DNA of 64,000 nt from an uncultured Chloroflexia bacterium (GTDB lineage: Bacteria > Chloroflexota > Limnocylindria > Limnocylindrales > CSP1-4): positions 256,001 to 320,000 of the forward strand of contig CAVPPB010000001.1 of NCBI GenBank assembly GCA_963707215.1, in the 5' to 3' direction. Made by a program: the position numbers and the translations under genes. This document shows, piece by piece, positions 20,865 to 30,805 of the stretch. The notes beneath the pieces were generated by a model that saw only the letters and a list, made by a program, of their open reading frames with translations, did not search any database and was not told where the DNA came from. Within the stretch, counting starts at the first letter, position 1, and the number at the start of each line of letters is the position of its first letter.

Positions 20865-21640
20865 CGGGGCACCTCCGCGTCGCCGCCGAAGCGCAGGAAG
20901 GCCTGCTCGAGGTCGGTCGTCCCGGCAGTCGAACGCAGCTCCGAGCCGCTGCCCCGGGCGATCACCCGGCCCGCCCGCACGAAGAGGAGCTCGTCGCAGC
21001 GGTCAGCCTCGTCCATCACGTGGCTGGAGACGACGATGGTCGTCCCAGAGTCGGCCAGCGCCCGGAAGTGGGTCCAGAACTGCACCCGGAGGAGTGGGTC
21101 GATCCCGACGGTCGGCTCGTCCAGGAAGAGGACCGGCGGCTGGTGGACGAGGGCGCAGGCCAGCGACAGCCGTCGGCGCTGCCCACCCGAGAGGGTCCCG
21201 GTGACGGCCGAGCGGCGATCCCCGAGCTCGACCAGGGCGAGGGACGCGTCGATCGCCTCCGAGTCGCGGACCCCGTAGGCGGAGGCGAAGAAGCGGACGT
21301 TCTCGCCGACCGAGAGAGCCGGGTAGACACCGTCGCTCTGGGTCATGTAGCCGATCCGTCCCAGGATCTCCCGAGAAGGCATTCGCACGCCCAGGACTTC
21401 TGCGCTGCCGTCGGTCGGTCGGGCCAGGCCCATGAGGAGGCGGATGAGGGTCGTCTTGCCGGAGCCGTTCGGGCCGAGCAGTCCATAGATCCGTCCCGGC
21501 GCGAGGTCGAAGCTGACGCCGTCGACCGCCCGGATCGACCCGAAGACCTTGACCAGCCCGGACGCCCGGATGGCCGGGGCGCCGGCCGCGGCGGGGGCGA
21601 CGTCGGCCACGTCCAGGGTGGTCGGAGTGATGTCGGTCAT
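20861..21640 (-). CDS. ABC transporter ATP-binding protein
   Basis: GPNGSGKT, LSGGQ, LDEPTVGIDP, SSH. Confidence 0.93.
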   Translation of the reverse strand: MTDITPTTLDVADVAPAAAGAPAIRASGLVKVFGSIRAVDGVSFDLAPGRIYGLLGPNGSGKTTLIRLLMGLARPTDGSAEVLGVRMPSREILGRIGYMTQSDGVYPALSVGENVRFFASAYGVRDSEAIDASLALVELGDRRSAVTGTLSGGQRRRLSLACALVHQPPVLFLDEPTVGIDPLLRVQFWTHFRALADSGTTIVVSSHVMDEADRCDELLFVRAGRVIARGSGSELRSTAGTTDLEQAFLRFGGDAEVPR

Positions 21641-21761
21641 CTCGCCGCACCTCGGTCTCGATCGACCCGCGGGGTCGAGCGCCGGGCCCTTCGGTTCACG
21701 GTGCGATGCTATACCTCGGTGGGCGCCCCGCGAGCCTGGGTCCCGGCTGGGTCGACGGCCG

Positions 21762-22469
21762 TCACGCCACTCCGGTGAGATCGGCGAGCATCCGCATGTC
21801 GGGGACCGTCAGGTCGGGAGCTGCGGCGGCCGGCGGCGTGGCGCCGCTCCCCGGTCGCCCCTGGCGGCGGTCGACCCAGACGGTGGCGAGACCCAGCTCC
21901 TTCGCCGGCACATGGTCGTGGTAGAGGCTCTGGGCGACGTGGAGGATCCGTCCGGTGGGGACGCCGATCCGCTCGAAGGCCAGCTCGAAGTTCCGTCGGT
22001 CCGGCTTGTAGCTGCCGGCCTGCTGGGCCGTGACGACCCAGGTGAACGGCGAGCCGAGGCGGCGAGCCGATCCCACGAACAGGTCGTCGTCGCAGTTGGT
22101 GATGACACCCAGGCGGTAGCGCTCAGCGAGCCGGGCCAGCGCCCGGGCCGAATCGGGGAAGGCCGGCCAGTCGACCACGGAGCCCGCGAACGCGTCAAGC
22201 GCCTCCGGCGAGGGCCGGGCGCCGAGCTCGTCGGCGATCCCTGCCAGCGTCCGCCGCAGGACCTCGCGGTAGGACAGGTACGGACCCGCCTCGAGGGCCG
22301 CCTCGTGGCGACCGAAGCGTGCGAGGAGCTCGTCGTCCGAGGCCCCCTCGGCGGCGCGCCGCCCGAGAGCCGCGTGGAGGGCGGTCACGATGCCGGTCTC
22401 CCAGTCGATCAGCGTCCCGTAGCAATCGAAGGTCAGCACCTCGAACCGGCCGAGGTCGAGTGACGTCAT
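21762..22469 (-). CDS. Haloacid dehalogenase type II (HAD hydrolase)
   Basis: FDCYGTLIDWE, SYKP, HVAQSLYHDH; start ATG 22469. Confidence 0.9.
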   Translation of the reverse strand: MTSLDLGRFEVLTFDCYGTLIDWETGIVTALHAALGRRAAEGASDDELLARFGRHEAALEAGPYLSYREVLRRTLAGIADELGARPSPEALDAFAGSVVDWPAFPDSARALARLAERYRLGVITNCDDDLFVGSARRLGSPFTWVVTAQQAGSYKPDRRNFELAFERIGVPTGRILHVAQSLYHDHVPAKELGLATVWVDRRQGRPGSGATPPAAAAPDLTVPDMRMLADLTGVA

Positions 22470-22578
22470 GGGCCCTCGCGGCGAGAGGATCCGCCGGCAC
22501 GATCCCGAGCCGGTCCGGATGTCCGTCCGAGCGTACACGGCCCAGGCCTGGCGGCCCAGGTGTGCGGCGCAGGAGCCG

Positions 22579-24036
22579 TCAGCCGCCGGCCGACCCGGTG
22601 AAGGCCTCGGGGGCGCCCTCGACGACGCGCAACGAGGCCGAGTACATCCCCATCGAGCAGGTGTAGTCGACGCGCCCGGGGCCCAGGGCCGGCAGCTCGA
22701 TGACGTTCTCGCCCTCCTGCAGGAGGATCTGGAGGCCGAGCGCGGGTGCCTGCATGAAGATCGCGCAGGAGCCGCCCTCCAGCGACTCGACGATCCAGCG
22801 GGTCGGGACGCCAGCGTAGAGCGATGCCTCGACCGGTTCGTAGCCGTTCGCGACCTGGAAGGTCCTCAGGACCTGGACGCCGTCCTCGAACGTGACGTCG
22901 GGTGCCGGGCCGGCCACGGTCGGGCCGCCGAGGTCCGGCGAGACGCCGAGCAGCCGAAGACCGGCGGCACCGTTGAGGAGGGCGAAGCCGATCACCACGA
23001 CGCCAACGACCCGGAGGGCAGTCGGGCGGACGTTGGGCGGGATGATCGCCGGCAGACCGCCCAGGGCGAGGAGTCCCGGGGCCGTCCCGAGCGCGAAGAC
23101 ACCGAGGATCGCCCCAGCGATGGCGGGCGACCCGGTCGAGAGTGCGTACACCTGGACGGCCTGGGTGAAGCCGCAGGGCAGGAAGAACGAGGCGACGCCC
23201 AGGGCGGCGGCCCGGGTATCCGAGTAGGTCGCCGCGGAGCCCTCGTGGACGCCGATGGCCCGCGCCAGGCCCGACGGCAGGGTCGGCGACCATGCGGCGA
23301 CCTTCGGCGACAGCCCGGTGAGTCGGGCGCCCAGCAGGGTCATGACCACCGCGACGGCGATCATCAGGACGGCCGTGAGCATCGGCGGCATCGTGACCGA
23401 CGCCCCGATGGCGCCGAGCCCCATGCCGAGCAGGGTGAAGCCGACGACCCGGCTGGTCACGAAGACCGCGCTGGGTCGGAGCCGGGCGATAACGCCGGCA
23501 TCGGACGACGGGTCGCGCCGCGCTTCATAGGCCGCAGACAGGGCCAGGACGAGCCCGCCCGTGAGGGCGAGGCATGTCGACACCCCGGCGGCGAGGCCCA
23601 GGAGGAGGGCGACGACGAGGCCGCCCGAGCGGATGTCACCCGCACCGGCGCCGAGCTCCGTCAGACCGGTCGTCGAGACGAGGACCGCGACGCCGGCGAG
23701 GCCCAGGGCGGCCGCACCGACGGTCGCCCACGCGCGGCGGTCCCTGGACATCCAGGGGGTCGTCCCCACGCTGTAGCCGGCCGCCTCGATGGCCGCGGCG
23801 ATCTCCTGGTCCGACACCGGCGCGGCGACCTGGACGATGACCTGGCCGCGGGTCGCCGAGGCGGCGGCGCGCTTGACGGCGGGGATCGCCCGGAGGTTGC
23901 GCTCGATGCGGCGCTCGCACGAACGGCAGGTCATCCCGGCCACCGGGACGACGAACGTCTCGGCAGGGCTCGCGGGGGACGACCGGCGGGACGCTGGCAT
24001 GGCCGGAGCGTGCCCGGACGACGAGCTCGCCGTCAA
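22579..24036 (-). CDS. Heavy-metal protein: HMA + DsbD_2/TauE-like membrane domain + cupredoxin-like C-terminus
   Basis: GMTCRSC, GVSTCLALTGG, FFLPCGFTQ, YTCSMGMY; start uncertain (24036 or 24000). Confidence 0.85.
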   Translation of the reverse strand: MTASSSSGHAPAMPASRRSSPASPAETFVVPVAGMTCRSCERRIERNLRAIPAVKRAAASATRGQVIVQVAAPVSDQEIAAAIEAAGYSVGTTPWMSRDRRAWATVGAAALGLAGVAVLVSTTGLTELGAGAGDIRSGGLVVALLLGLAAGVSTCLALTGGLVLALSAAYEARRDPSSDAGVIARLRPSAVFVTSRVVGFTLLGMGLGAIGASVTMPPMLTAVLMIAVAVVMTLLGARLTGLSPKVAAWSPTLPSGLARAIGVHEGSAATYSDTRAAALGVASFFLPCGFTQAVQVYALSTGSPAIAGAILGVFALGTAPGLLALGGLPAIIPPNVRPTALRVVGVVVIGFALLNGAAGLRLLGVSPDLGGPTVAGPAPDVTFEDGVQVLRTFQVANGYEPVEASLYAGVPTRWIVESLEGGSCAIFMQAPALGLQILLQEGENVIELPALGPGRVDYTCSMGMYSASLRVVEGAPEAFTGSAGG

Positions 24037-24060
24037 GAGCCGGGGGAGTCCGGACGGCCC

Positions 24061-24378
24061 CTATCTCCCGGGCCGGAAGGCACGGAAGAGGCCGGAGGCG
24101 GCGAGGCCGGTCCAGAGGACGAGGCCGATCGCGACGATCGCGGTCAGGACCGGGGCGAGGTCCGCCTGCCACGCCCAGAGCCCGACCCCGATCGGGAGGA
24201 CCAGGATCCAGGCCAGGATCGCCGGCAGGATCGGCAGGCCCGTCAGCCACGCCCATGCCTCCGTGACGATGCCGGGGTCCACCAGCAGGGCGTAGGCGGC
24301 GCCGACCCACAGCACGACGAAGACGGCGGTCGCGTAGGCGACCAGAGCGATCTCGATGACCTTCGCCGGGCTCGGCAT
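24061..24378 (-). CDS. Small membrane protein (105 aa)
   Basis: GGAGG RBS before ATG 24378; three hydrophobic helices. Confidence 0.7.
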   Translation of the reverse strand: MPSPAKVIEIALVAYATAVFVVLWVGAAYALLVDPGIVTEAWAWLTGLPILPAILAWILVLPIGVGLWAWQADLAPVLTAIVAIGLVLWTGLAASGLFRAFRPGR

Positions 24379-24664
24379 GGATCCTCCGAGGCACGGTCGG
24401 CCGGGCTCACGCGGACCGATCCGAGCCGACCCTGGGCCATCGCCGGGGACCCGTGGTAGGGCCGCAGCGCCCCCCGACGACGTGCCGACCGGCCGCGCCA
24501 GCAGCACCCGCGCCCGCCTCGGGCGACTCCGGCCGGCCATCGGGTCGACCAGGACCTCCTGACGGATGGACGGACGTACCGGCTCGCGAGCGAGGCGCCC
24601 GTCAGGGTCACGATGGCGACGACCTGGCCCAGGTCCCAGGAGACTCTGCCGATCGTCCGTCAGA

Positions 24665-24704
24665 TTGACCGGCGCCGGACCCGAGCCTATCCTCGATAAT
24701 CGAT
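24665..24704 (+). promoter_or_regulatory. Promoter TTGACC-N17-TATCCT with operator copy 1
   Basis: -35 at 24665-24670, -10 at 24688-24693, TCGATAATCGAT at 24693-24704. Confidence 0.8.
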
Positions 24705-24787
24705 GATGCCCACCCGAGCGCTCCCTCCCCTGGCATCCCGGGAGCGCCTGTCCCTTGCGGCGGGCCGCGATCACTGAAGGGAGCACG

Positions 24788-25573
24788 ATGAGCCAGCTCG
24801 ACATGTTCAGCCTGGAGGGGCGCGTCGCCCTGGTCCCCGGAGGTGGCGGCGCGATCGGCTCGGCGATGGCGGCCGCGATGGCCGGAGCCGGGGCCCGGGT
24901 CGCGGTGGTCGACGTCACCCAGGAGCGGGCCGACGAGGCGGCCGAGCTGGTCTCGAGGGCCGGGTCGGAGGCGCTCGCCCTGTCCGGGGACATGACCCAG
25001 GAGGCCGAGTGCGAGCGGATCGTCGCCGCGACGGTCGAGCGCTTCGGGCGGGTCGACATCATCTTCAACGCCGTCGGAGGCGGGGCCGGCAAGGTCCTCT
25101 TCGATGCCCAGGACTACCCCCGCGACGCCTGGGACTGGATCATGGAGCTCAACGTCCGGAGCACCCTGCTGGCGACCCAGGCCGCCGTCCGCCAGATGAT
25201 CGCCCAGGGCCACGGCGGCAGGGTCATCAACATCTCCTCGGTCCGGGCGTCGCTGGGCATCAACGCCGGCTACTCGGCGTACGTCGCCGCCAAGGGTGCG
25301 ATCAGCTCGCTGACCCGCCAGTGGGCGACCGAGTGGGCCAAGCACGGGATCAACGTCAACGCGATCGCCCCGACCTTCGTGGACACGCCGCAGGTCGCGA
25401 TGCTCCTCGACGACCCCGACTTCAAGGCCAGCATCGTCAGCCGCATCCCGCTGGGTCGGGTCGGCGGGACGCAGGACCTGGCCGGCGCGGTCCTCTTCTT
25501 CGCCTCCGATGCCTCGTCCTTCGTGACCGGGCAGATCCTAGGCGTCGACGGCGGGCTGACAGCGACCCAGTAG
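24788..25573 (+). CDS. SDR oxidoreductase (gluconate-5-dehydrogenase/KduD-like), NAD-type
   Basis: PGGGGAIG, Asp at the end of beta-B (VVD), YVAAK, TGQILGVDGG. Confidence 0.88.
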   Translation: MSQLDMFSLEGRVALVPGGGGAIGSAMAAAMAGAGARVAVVDVTQERADEAAELVSRAGSEALALSGDMTQEAECERIVAATVERFGRVDIIFNAVGGGAGKVLFDAQDYPRDAWDWIMELNVRSTLLATQAAVRQMIAQGHGGRVINISSVRASLGINAGYSAYVAAKGAISSLTRQWATEWAKHGINVNAIAPTFVDTPQVAMLLDDPDFKASIVSRIPLGRVGGTQDLAGAVLFFASDASSFVTGQILGVDGGLTATQ

Positions 25574-25586
25574 CAAGGAGGCTCTC

Positions 25587-26564
25587 GTGACGACCGAAGC
25601 CCTCACCTCGCGGACCGGCTCCATCGCCATGGAGCCGGTGACGCCCAACGTGTTCACGACCACGAAGCTGCGGGGCTGCAACCCGAGCTTCGTGACCACG
25701 GCCGACGGCGTCGTCGTCGTCGACACGCCGCAGCTGCCCACCAAGGCGGTGGCGATGCGACGCGAGGCGGAGTCCCACGGCCCGATCCGCTACATCGTCA
25801 ACACCGAGCACCACGTCGACCACATCTTCGGCAACTGGTTCTTCCGGGGTGCCGGCACGGTGGTCAACCACCGTGCGCTGTACGAGCGGTTCATGGTCGT
25901 CTTCCCCGAGCTCGATCCCTTCGCCTACGCGTACCAGTCGATCCCCGGGGACGATCCCATGGGGACGGACCTCGACGACCCGGAGGGCGTCGCGCTCTGG
26001 CCCGATCGCGAGGAGTACTACCGCGACCCCAATGCCGGTCGGATCGTCTTCACCGGCGACCTGACGCTTCGGGTCGGGGACCACACGTTCGACCTCCTCC
26101 ACACGCCCGGCCACACCCCCGGGCAGCTGGCCGTCCACGTGCCCGAGGAGCGGGTCGTCTTCACCGGCGACACCATCTTCTCGGGCTGCCAGACCTGGCT
26201 CATGACCTCCGACGTCGACCAGTGGCTGGCCGCCCTCGACCGGATCGCGACCCTGGACGTGGACTGGATCGTCCCGGGCCACGGCCCGGTCGTCGGCAAG
26301 GACTACCTCGACGTCCAGCGAGCCCACTTGCTGGCCTGGAAGTCGGCGGTCGCGACGGCCATCGCCAAGGGCTGGACTCGCGACGAGACCATCGCCCGGG
26401 TCGACTTCAAGGACGAGTTCGGCCCGGTCGACATCGGTCAGGGCTACATGCTCGACTACATCCAGTCCCGGAACGCTGCGGCCCTCTACGACAAGCTGAC
26501 CGGGAGCACGCCCCAGCTCACCGCTCCCGACGGCACGCCGGCGACCGCCAGCAGCGCCAGCTGA
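25587..26564 (+). CDS. Metallo-beta-lactamase-fold hydrolase
   Basis: NTEHHVDHIFGN, HTPGHT, FTGD, VPGHG. Confidence 0.88.
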   Translation: MTTEALTSRTGSIAMEPVTPNVFTTTKLRGCNPSFVTTADGVVVVDTPQLPTKAVAMRREAESHGPIRYIVNTEHHVDHIFGNWFFRGAGTVVNHRALYERFMVVFPELDPFAYAYQSIPGDDPMGTDLDDPEGVALWPDREEYYRDPNAGRIVFTGDLTLRVGDHTFDLLHTPGHTPGQLAVHVPEERVVFTGDTIFSGCQTWLMTSDVDQWLAALDRIATLDVDWIVPGHGPVVGKDYLDVQRAHLLAWKSAVATAIAKGWTRDETIARVDFKDEFGPVDIGQGYMLDYIQSRNAAALYDKLTGSTPQLTAPDGTPATASSAS

Positions 26565-26619
26565 CCCGGGCCCGGCCGTCGGCCGGGCCGACCTCGCCGC
26601 TCAGCCAGGAGGCTCCGCC

Positions 26620-27720
26620 ATGTCCGCCGAGTCAACCACCGGGTCCACAGCGACGGCTCCGTCCCTGCCGGCCACCATGTCGGCGCTCGTCGTCATCGAG
26701 CCGGGCCGCGTCGAGATCCGGGAGGTGCCGGTGCCCCAACCCGGCCCGAACGAGGTCCTGGCCCGGGTCCGGGCGGTCTCGATCTGCGGCACCGACGCCC
26801 ACCTCATCCGGGGTGACTATCCCGGCTTCTGGCCGCCGGGCTTCCCGTTCATCCCCGGACACGAGTGGGCCGGCGAGATCGTCGCCCTGGGGCCGGGCGC
26901 GGAGCGGTTCGGCTGGCGGCACGGCGACCGCGTCGCCGGCACCTCACACGACGCCTGCGGCGTCTGCCGCGAGTGCGTGGAGGGACGCTACAACCTCTGC
27001 GAGAACTACGGCCGGGAGGGGCTGCACCGCCAGTACGGCCACAACGTCCAGGGTGCCGACGCCACCTACGTCGTCCATGGCGTGAAGTGCATCTTCCCGC
27101 TGCCCGACGGCCTCTCGTTCGAGGAAGGGGCGCTCATCGACCCGGCCTCGATCGCCCTCCACGTCGCCAACCGCGGTGAGGTCTCGCCGGGCGACACCGT
27201 CGTCATCACCGGCGCCGGGGCCATCGGCCTCCTCGGCGGCGACGCCGCCCGGATCCGCGGCGCCGGTCGGGTGATCATCGTCGGCCGGGGGCAGCGACTC
27301 GCCAAGGCGACCGAGATGGGGTTCGAGACGGTGGACTCGTCAGCCGGCGACCCCGTGGCAGCCGTCCGGGCGATGACCGACGGCCTGGGAGCCGACGTCG
27401 CGCTGGAGTGCGCCGGGGTGCCCGAGACCGTCGAGTGGGCCCTCGAGATGCTCCGCCGGGGCGGCCGCTGCGCCGCCGTCGGCATCCCCACCGTCGGCGT
27501 CGAGATCGGGATGCAGAAGCTGGTCCTCGACGAGCTCGAGCTCGTCGGCTCGCGGGCCTCGGCCGGCGAGATGCGCCGGGTCATGCCCCACGTCGAGCAG
27601 GGTCGGATGCGGGTCCGCGAGCTCATCACCCACCACTTCCCGCTGGCGGACTACGAGCAGGCCCTGGCCACCTTCAACGACCGCTCGAGCGGCGCGATCA
27701 AGATCGTCGTCCAGCCCTGA
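26620..27720 (+). CDS. Zn-dependent MDR alcohol/polyol dehydrogenase, paralog A
   Basis: ICGTD, GHEWAG, CGVCRECVEGRYNLC, GAGAIG. Confidence 0.92.
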   Translation: MSAESTTGSTATAPSLPATMSALVVIEPGRVEIREVPVPQPGPNEVLARVRAVSICGTDAHLIRGDYPGFWPPGFPFIPGHEWAGEIVALGPGAERFGWRHGDRVAGTSHDACGVCRECVEGRYNLCENYGREGLHRQYGHNVQGADATYVVHGVKCIFPLPDGLSFEEGALIDPASIALHVANRGEVSPGDTVVITGAGAIGLLGGDAARIRGAGRVIIVGRGQRLAKATEMGFETVDSSAGDPVAAVRAMTDGLGADVALECAGVPETVEWALEMLRRGGRCAAVGIPTVGVEIGMQKLVLDELELVGSRASAGEMRRVMPHVEQGRMRVRELITHHFPLADYEQALATFNDRSSGAIKIVVQP

Positions 27721-27789
27721 GGATCGGCCGGGCGGTCGCCCCATGGCGGGCCCAGGTCGATCGCGCCGTCGCCCGCCCGCACGACCCGG

Positions 27790-28560
27790 TCAGACGACCT
27801 CGGCAACCCCGAGGGAGTAGCCGCCGTCGACGTCGATGACCGCGCCCGTCACCCAGCGACCCCCGGGCCCCGCCAGCCAGGCCACGGCCTCGGCCACGTC
27901 GCGGCCCTCCCCGACGGCCGAGAGGGCCTGCTTCCCGAAGGTCAGGCCGGCCTCGAAGCGTGATCGTTCCGCCTCCTCGCTCAGGCCGCGCAGCTCGGAC
28001 GGGATGATGCCCGGGCGGATGACGTTGACACGGATCCCCTCGCGGCCCAGGTCGAGGGCGAGCGCCCGGGTCATCGCCTCGACCGCGCCCTTGCTGGCGA
28101 CGTAGCCGAAGCGTCCCCGGGGCGGCCGGTCGACGGCCGTCGAGCCGAGGTTGACGACCATGCCCCGACTCCGACGAAGCTCCGCCAGCGCCGCGCGGGT
28201 GCAGAGGAAGACGCTCATCACGTTCGCCCGGAGCATCCCCTCGAGATCGGCCTCCGCGAGGGCGTCGATGGGTCCCTGGACCTCGCTCCCGGCATCGTTG
28301 ACGAGGACGTCAACTCCACCGAACGACTCCACTGCGGCGGCCACCATCGAGCGGGCGTCTGCGTCGCGGGTCACGTCGGCCACGTGGATGGCGACCCTGC
28401 CGGGGGCGTCAGCGAGCTCCTCTGCGAGCCGCTCGAGGCGGTCGGCCCGCCGGGCCGCACCAAGGACGTCGGCGCCCTGCCGGGCAAGGTTTCGGACGAT
28501 ATGGGCACCCAGACCGCTCGAGGCTCCGGTGACGATGATCCGACGGCCCTCGAGCGACAT
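27790..28560 (-). CDS. SDR oxidoreductase, NADP-type
   Basis: TGASSGLG, AARR, YVASK, DVDGG; GGAGG RBS before ATG 28560. Confidence 0.88.
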   Translation of the reverse strand: MSLEGRRIIVTGASSGLGAHIVRNLARQGADVLGAARRADRLERLAEELADAPGRVAIHVADVTRDADARSMVAAAVESFGGVDVLVNDAGSEVQGPIDALAEADLEGMLRANVMSVFLCTRAALAELRRSRGMVVNLGSTAVDRPPRGRFGYVASKGAVEAMTRALALDLGREGIRVNVIRPGIIPSELRGLSEEAERSRFEAGLTFGKQALSAVGEGRDVAEAVAWLAGPGGRWVTGAVIDVDGGYSLGVAEVV

Positions 28561-28609
28561 CTCCCCCTCCACTTCCCTTACGTCCCCGGCCATGGGGCAG
28601 CGTCCTGTC

Positions 28610-30748
28610 TCAGGCTCGTCCCGCGGCGACCTCGTCAGCTCTGCTCCGCCCGGCGAGCAGGATCAGGTCCTCGTGGAGCTCGAACCAGACGCCGTGGTAG
28701 CTGTCGACCCGGGGTGAGGCGACGTAGCGGCCGTCCCCGCCCACGGCCTGGGCCGCGGCGTGGTCGAGGCGCGCCCGATAGGCGGCCAGCCTTGGCAGGC
28801 CGGGGACGAGCGATGCCAGCCAGGCGCCGGCATCAGCGTGGAGGCCGGCCAGCCGGTCCAGCACCCCGGCGTCGTACTCGGCGTCGCTGTGGTCGTTGAT
28901 GGCCTGCTCCCCGTCCACCTCGCGCATCTGCCAGGCGGTCACGGTGTCCTTCATCCGGGCATCGAGGTCGAGGAAGGCGTCGAGCGCGGTCTCGGCCCGC
29001 TCCGGGCCCCAGGCCTCGCGGTCGGCGGCGATCCGCTCGGCGCCGAGGGCCTTGCCGTCGGCGGTCAGCCGGAACATCCCACCGGCCAGCTCGGCCAGGC
29101 CGTCGGCCACGAGTCGGTCCAACAGTGCGGTCAGGTCGTCCGGGGTCGAGACGAGCGCCTGGGCCATCCCCTCGGGTGTCGCGTAGCCCTTGATGAGCAG
29201 CCCCCGGACCACGTCGTCGACGGTCGCCCGGACCGCCTCGAGCGTCGACGTGTCGGCCACGGAGTCCGCTCCGGCACCCGCGCCCGGCGGCTCGAGCTCG
29301 ATGCCGAGCTCGCTGGCCCAGCCTCGCAACACCGCCGCCTCGGGAACGATCGTGACGACTCCCGCGACGGCACCGCGGAAGACCTCGCCCGTGCCGCCGT
29401 CGATGGTGATCGTCTCACCGGCTTCCAGCGTCAGGTCGCCGATCGAGATCCGGCCCTCCCCCACCAGCAGGGCCGCGGCGCCGACGACGGCCGGGATGCC
29501 CCAGCCGCGGGCGACAACGGCGGCGTGGCTCGCCAGCCCGCCGGTCGCCGTCAGGATGCCGGCCGCGCGGGCCATGCCGTGGACGTCGTCGGGCGAGGTC
29601 TCGGAGCGGACCAGGATCACGGCCCGTCCGGCGTCGGCGGCCTCCACCGCGGCATCCGGCGTGGTGGCGATCTCCCCGCTCGCGATCCCGGGTGAGGCGG
29701 GCAGACCGGTCGCGAGGACACGGGCCGTCCCGTCGCGCTCGGCGACCGTCATCGGCGGGTCGACGAGATGGGCCGCGACGCGCTCGACGGCCTCCCGGCG
29801 CGAGAGCGGGAACGTCTCGTCCTCGGCCATGTCGAGGGCGATGCGAAGGGCGGCCTGGGGGCTGCGCTTGCCCACCCGGACCTGGAGCATCCAGAGCCGG
29901 CCCTGCTCGATGGTGAACTCGATGTCGCACAGGTCGGCGTAGTGGCGCTCCAGCCGATCGGCGTACTCGCGAAGCTCACGGGCGACGCCGGGAAGCCGCT
30001 CGTCGAGGACGGCGACCGGCTCGGTCCGATGGGTCCCGGCGACGACGTCCTCGCCCTGGGCGTCGAACATCAGGTCGCCGTAGAGCGTCGGATCACCGGT
30101 GGCCGGGTTCCTCGTGAAGAGGACGCCGGTGGCAGAGCCGGGGCCGCGGTTCCCGAAGACCATCGCCTGGACGGTCACCGCGGTCCCCAGGTCGTCGGGG
30201 ATCCCCTCGCGCTTCCGGTAGGCCCGGGCCCGATCGCTGTTCCAGGACCGGAAGACCGCCTCGACAGCGGCCCGGAGCTGGGTCCAGGGATCCGCCGGGA
30301 CCTCGTCGACGCCGACGATGTCGCGGAACATGCGGTCGAGCCGGGTCCGACAGGCCTCGGCGAACTCGGCCCCAGCGAGATCGGCCAGGCCGGCCTGGGT
30401 CGCATCGTTGAGGCCCAGGTTGAGGATCGTGTCCATCATCCCGGGCATCGACACCGGCGCGCCGGAGCGGACGCTGACGAGCAGCGGATCGGCCGGGTCG
30501 CCGAACCGGTGACCGACCGCGCCCTCGACCCGGATCATGTGCTCGCGCAGCTCGTCTTCCAGCCCCGCCGGCCAGCCCTCGGCGAGGTACTCGCGGCAGG
30601 TCCGGGTCGAGATCGTGAACCCGGGCGGTACCGGGAGCCGAAGCTCGTTGGCCATCACCGCGATGTTCGCCGCCTTGCTGCCGATGAGCGCCTTGAGCTC
30701 CGGCAGCGGCAGGTCGAAGGGGTGGTCGAGGGCGTAGACGTGGGTCAC
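28610..30748 (-). CDS. Truncated PPDK-like protein (ATP-grasp + phospho-His domain) fused to a wHTH/helical domain
   Basis: LLVSVRSGAPVSMPGMMDTILNLG, QAMVFGN, AQGEDVVAG, GGLASHAAVVARGWG; no pyruvate-binding barrel; C-terminal NDHSDAEYD...DSYHGVWFELHEDL. Confidence 0.88.
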   Translation of the reverse strand: MTHVYALDHPFDLPLPELKALIGSKAANIAVMANELRLPVPPGFTISTRTCREYLAEGWPAGLEDELREHMIRVEGAVGHRFGDPADPLLVSVRSGAPVSMPGMMDTILNLGLNDATQAGLADLAGAEFAEACRTRLDRMFRDIVGVDEVPADPWTQLRAAVEAVFRSWNSDRARAYRKREGIPDDLGTAVTVQAMVFGNRGPGSATGVLFTRNPATGDPTLYGDLMFDAQGEDVVAGTHRTEPVAVLDERLPGVARELREYADRLERHYADLCDIEFTIEQGRLWMLQVRVGKRSPQAALRIALDMAEDETFPLSRREAVERVAAHLVDPPMTVAERDGTARVLATGLPASPGIASGEIATTPDAAVEAADAGRAVILVRSETSPDDVHGMARAAGILTATGGLASHAAVVARGWGIPAVVGAAALLVGEGRISIGDLTLEAGETITIDGGTGEVFRGAVAGVVTIVPEAAVLRGWASELGIELEPPGAGAGADSVADTSTLEAVRATVDDVVRGLLIKGYATPEGMAQALVSTPDDLTALLDRLVADGLAELAGGMFRLTADGKALGAERIAADREAWGPERAETALDAFLDLDARMKDTVTAWQMREVDGEQAINDHSDAEYDAGVLDRLAGLHADAGAWLASLVPGLPRLAAYRARLDHAAAQAVGGDGRYVASPRVDSYHGVWFELHEDLILLAGRSRADEVAAGRA

Positions 30749-30805
30749 GGTCGGGGCATTCCTTTCGCTCGGTCGCAGGGACGAGGTTCGCCGGGCGCGC
30801 TTCGC

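Noticed and set aside
25587-26564. Beta-lactamase resistance gene
   Set aside because: No signal peptide, EHHxDH variant motif, embedded in a catabolic operon.
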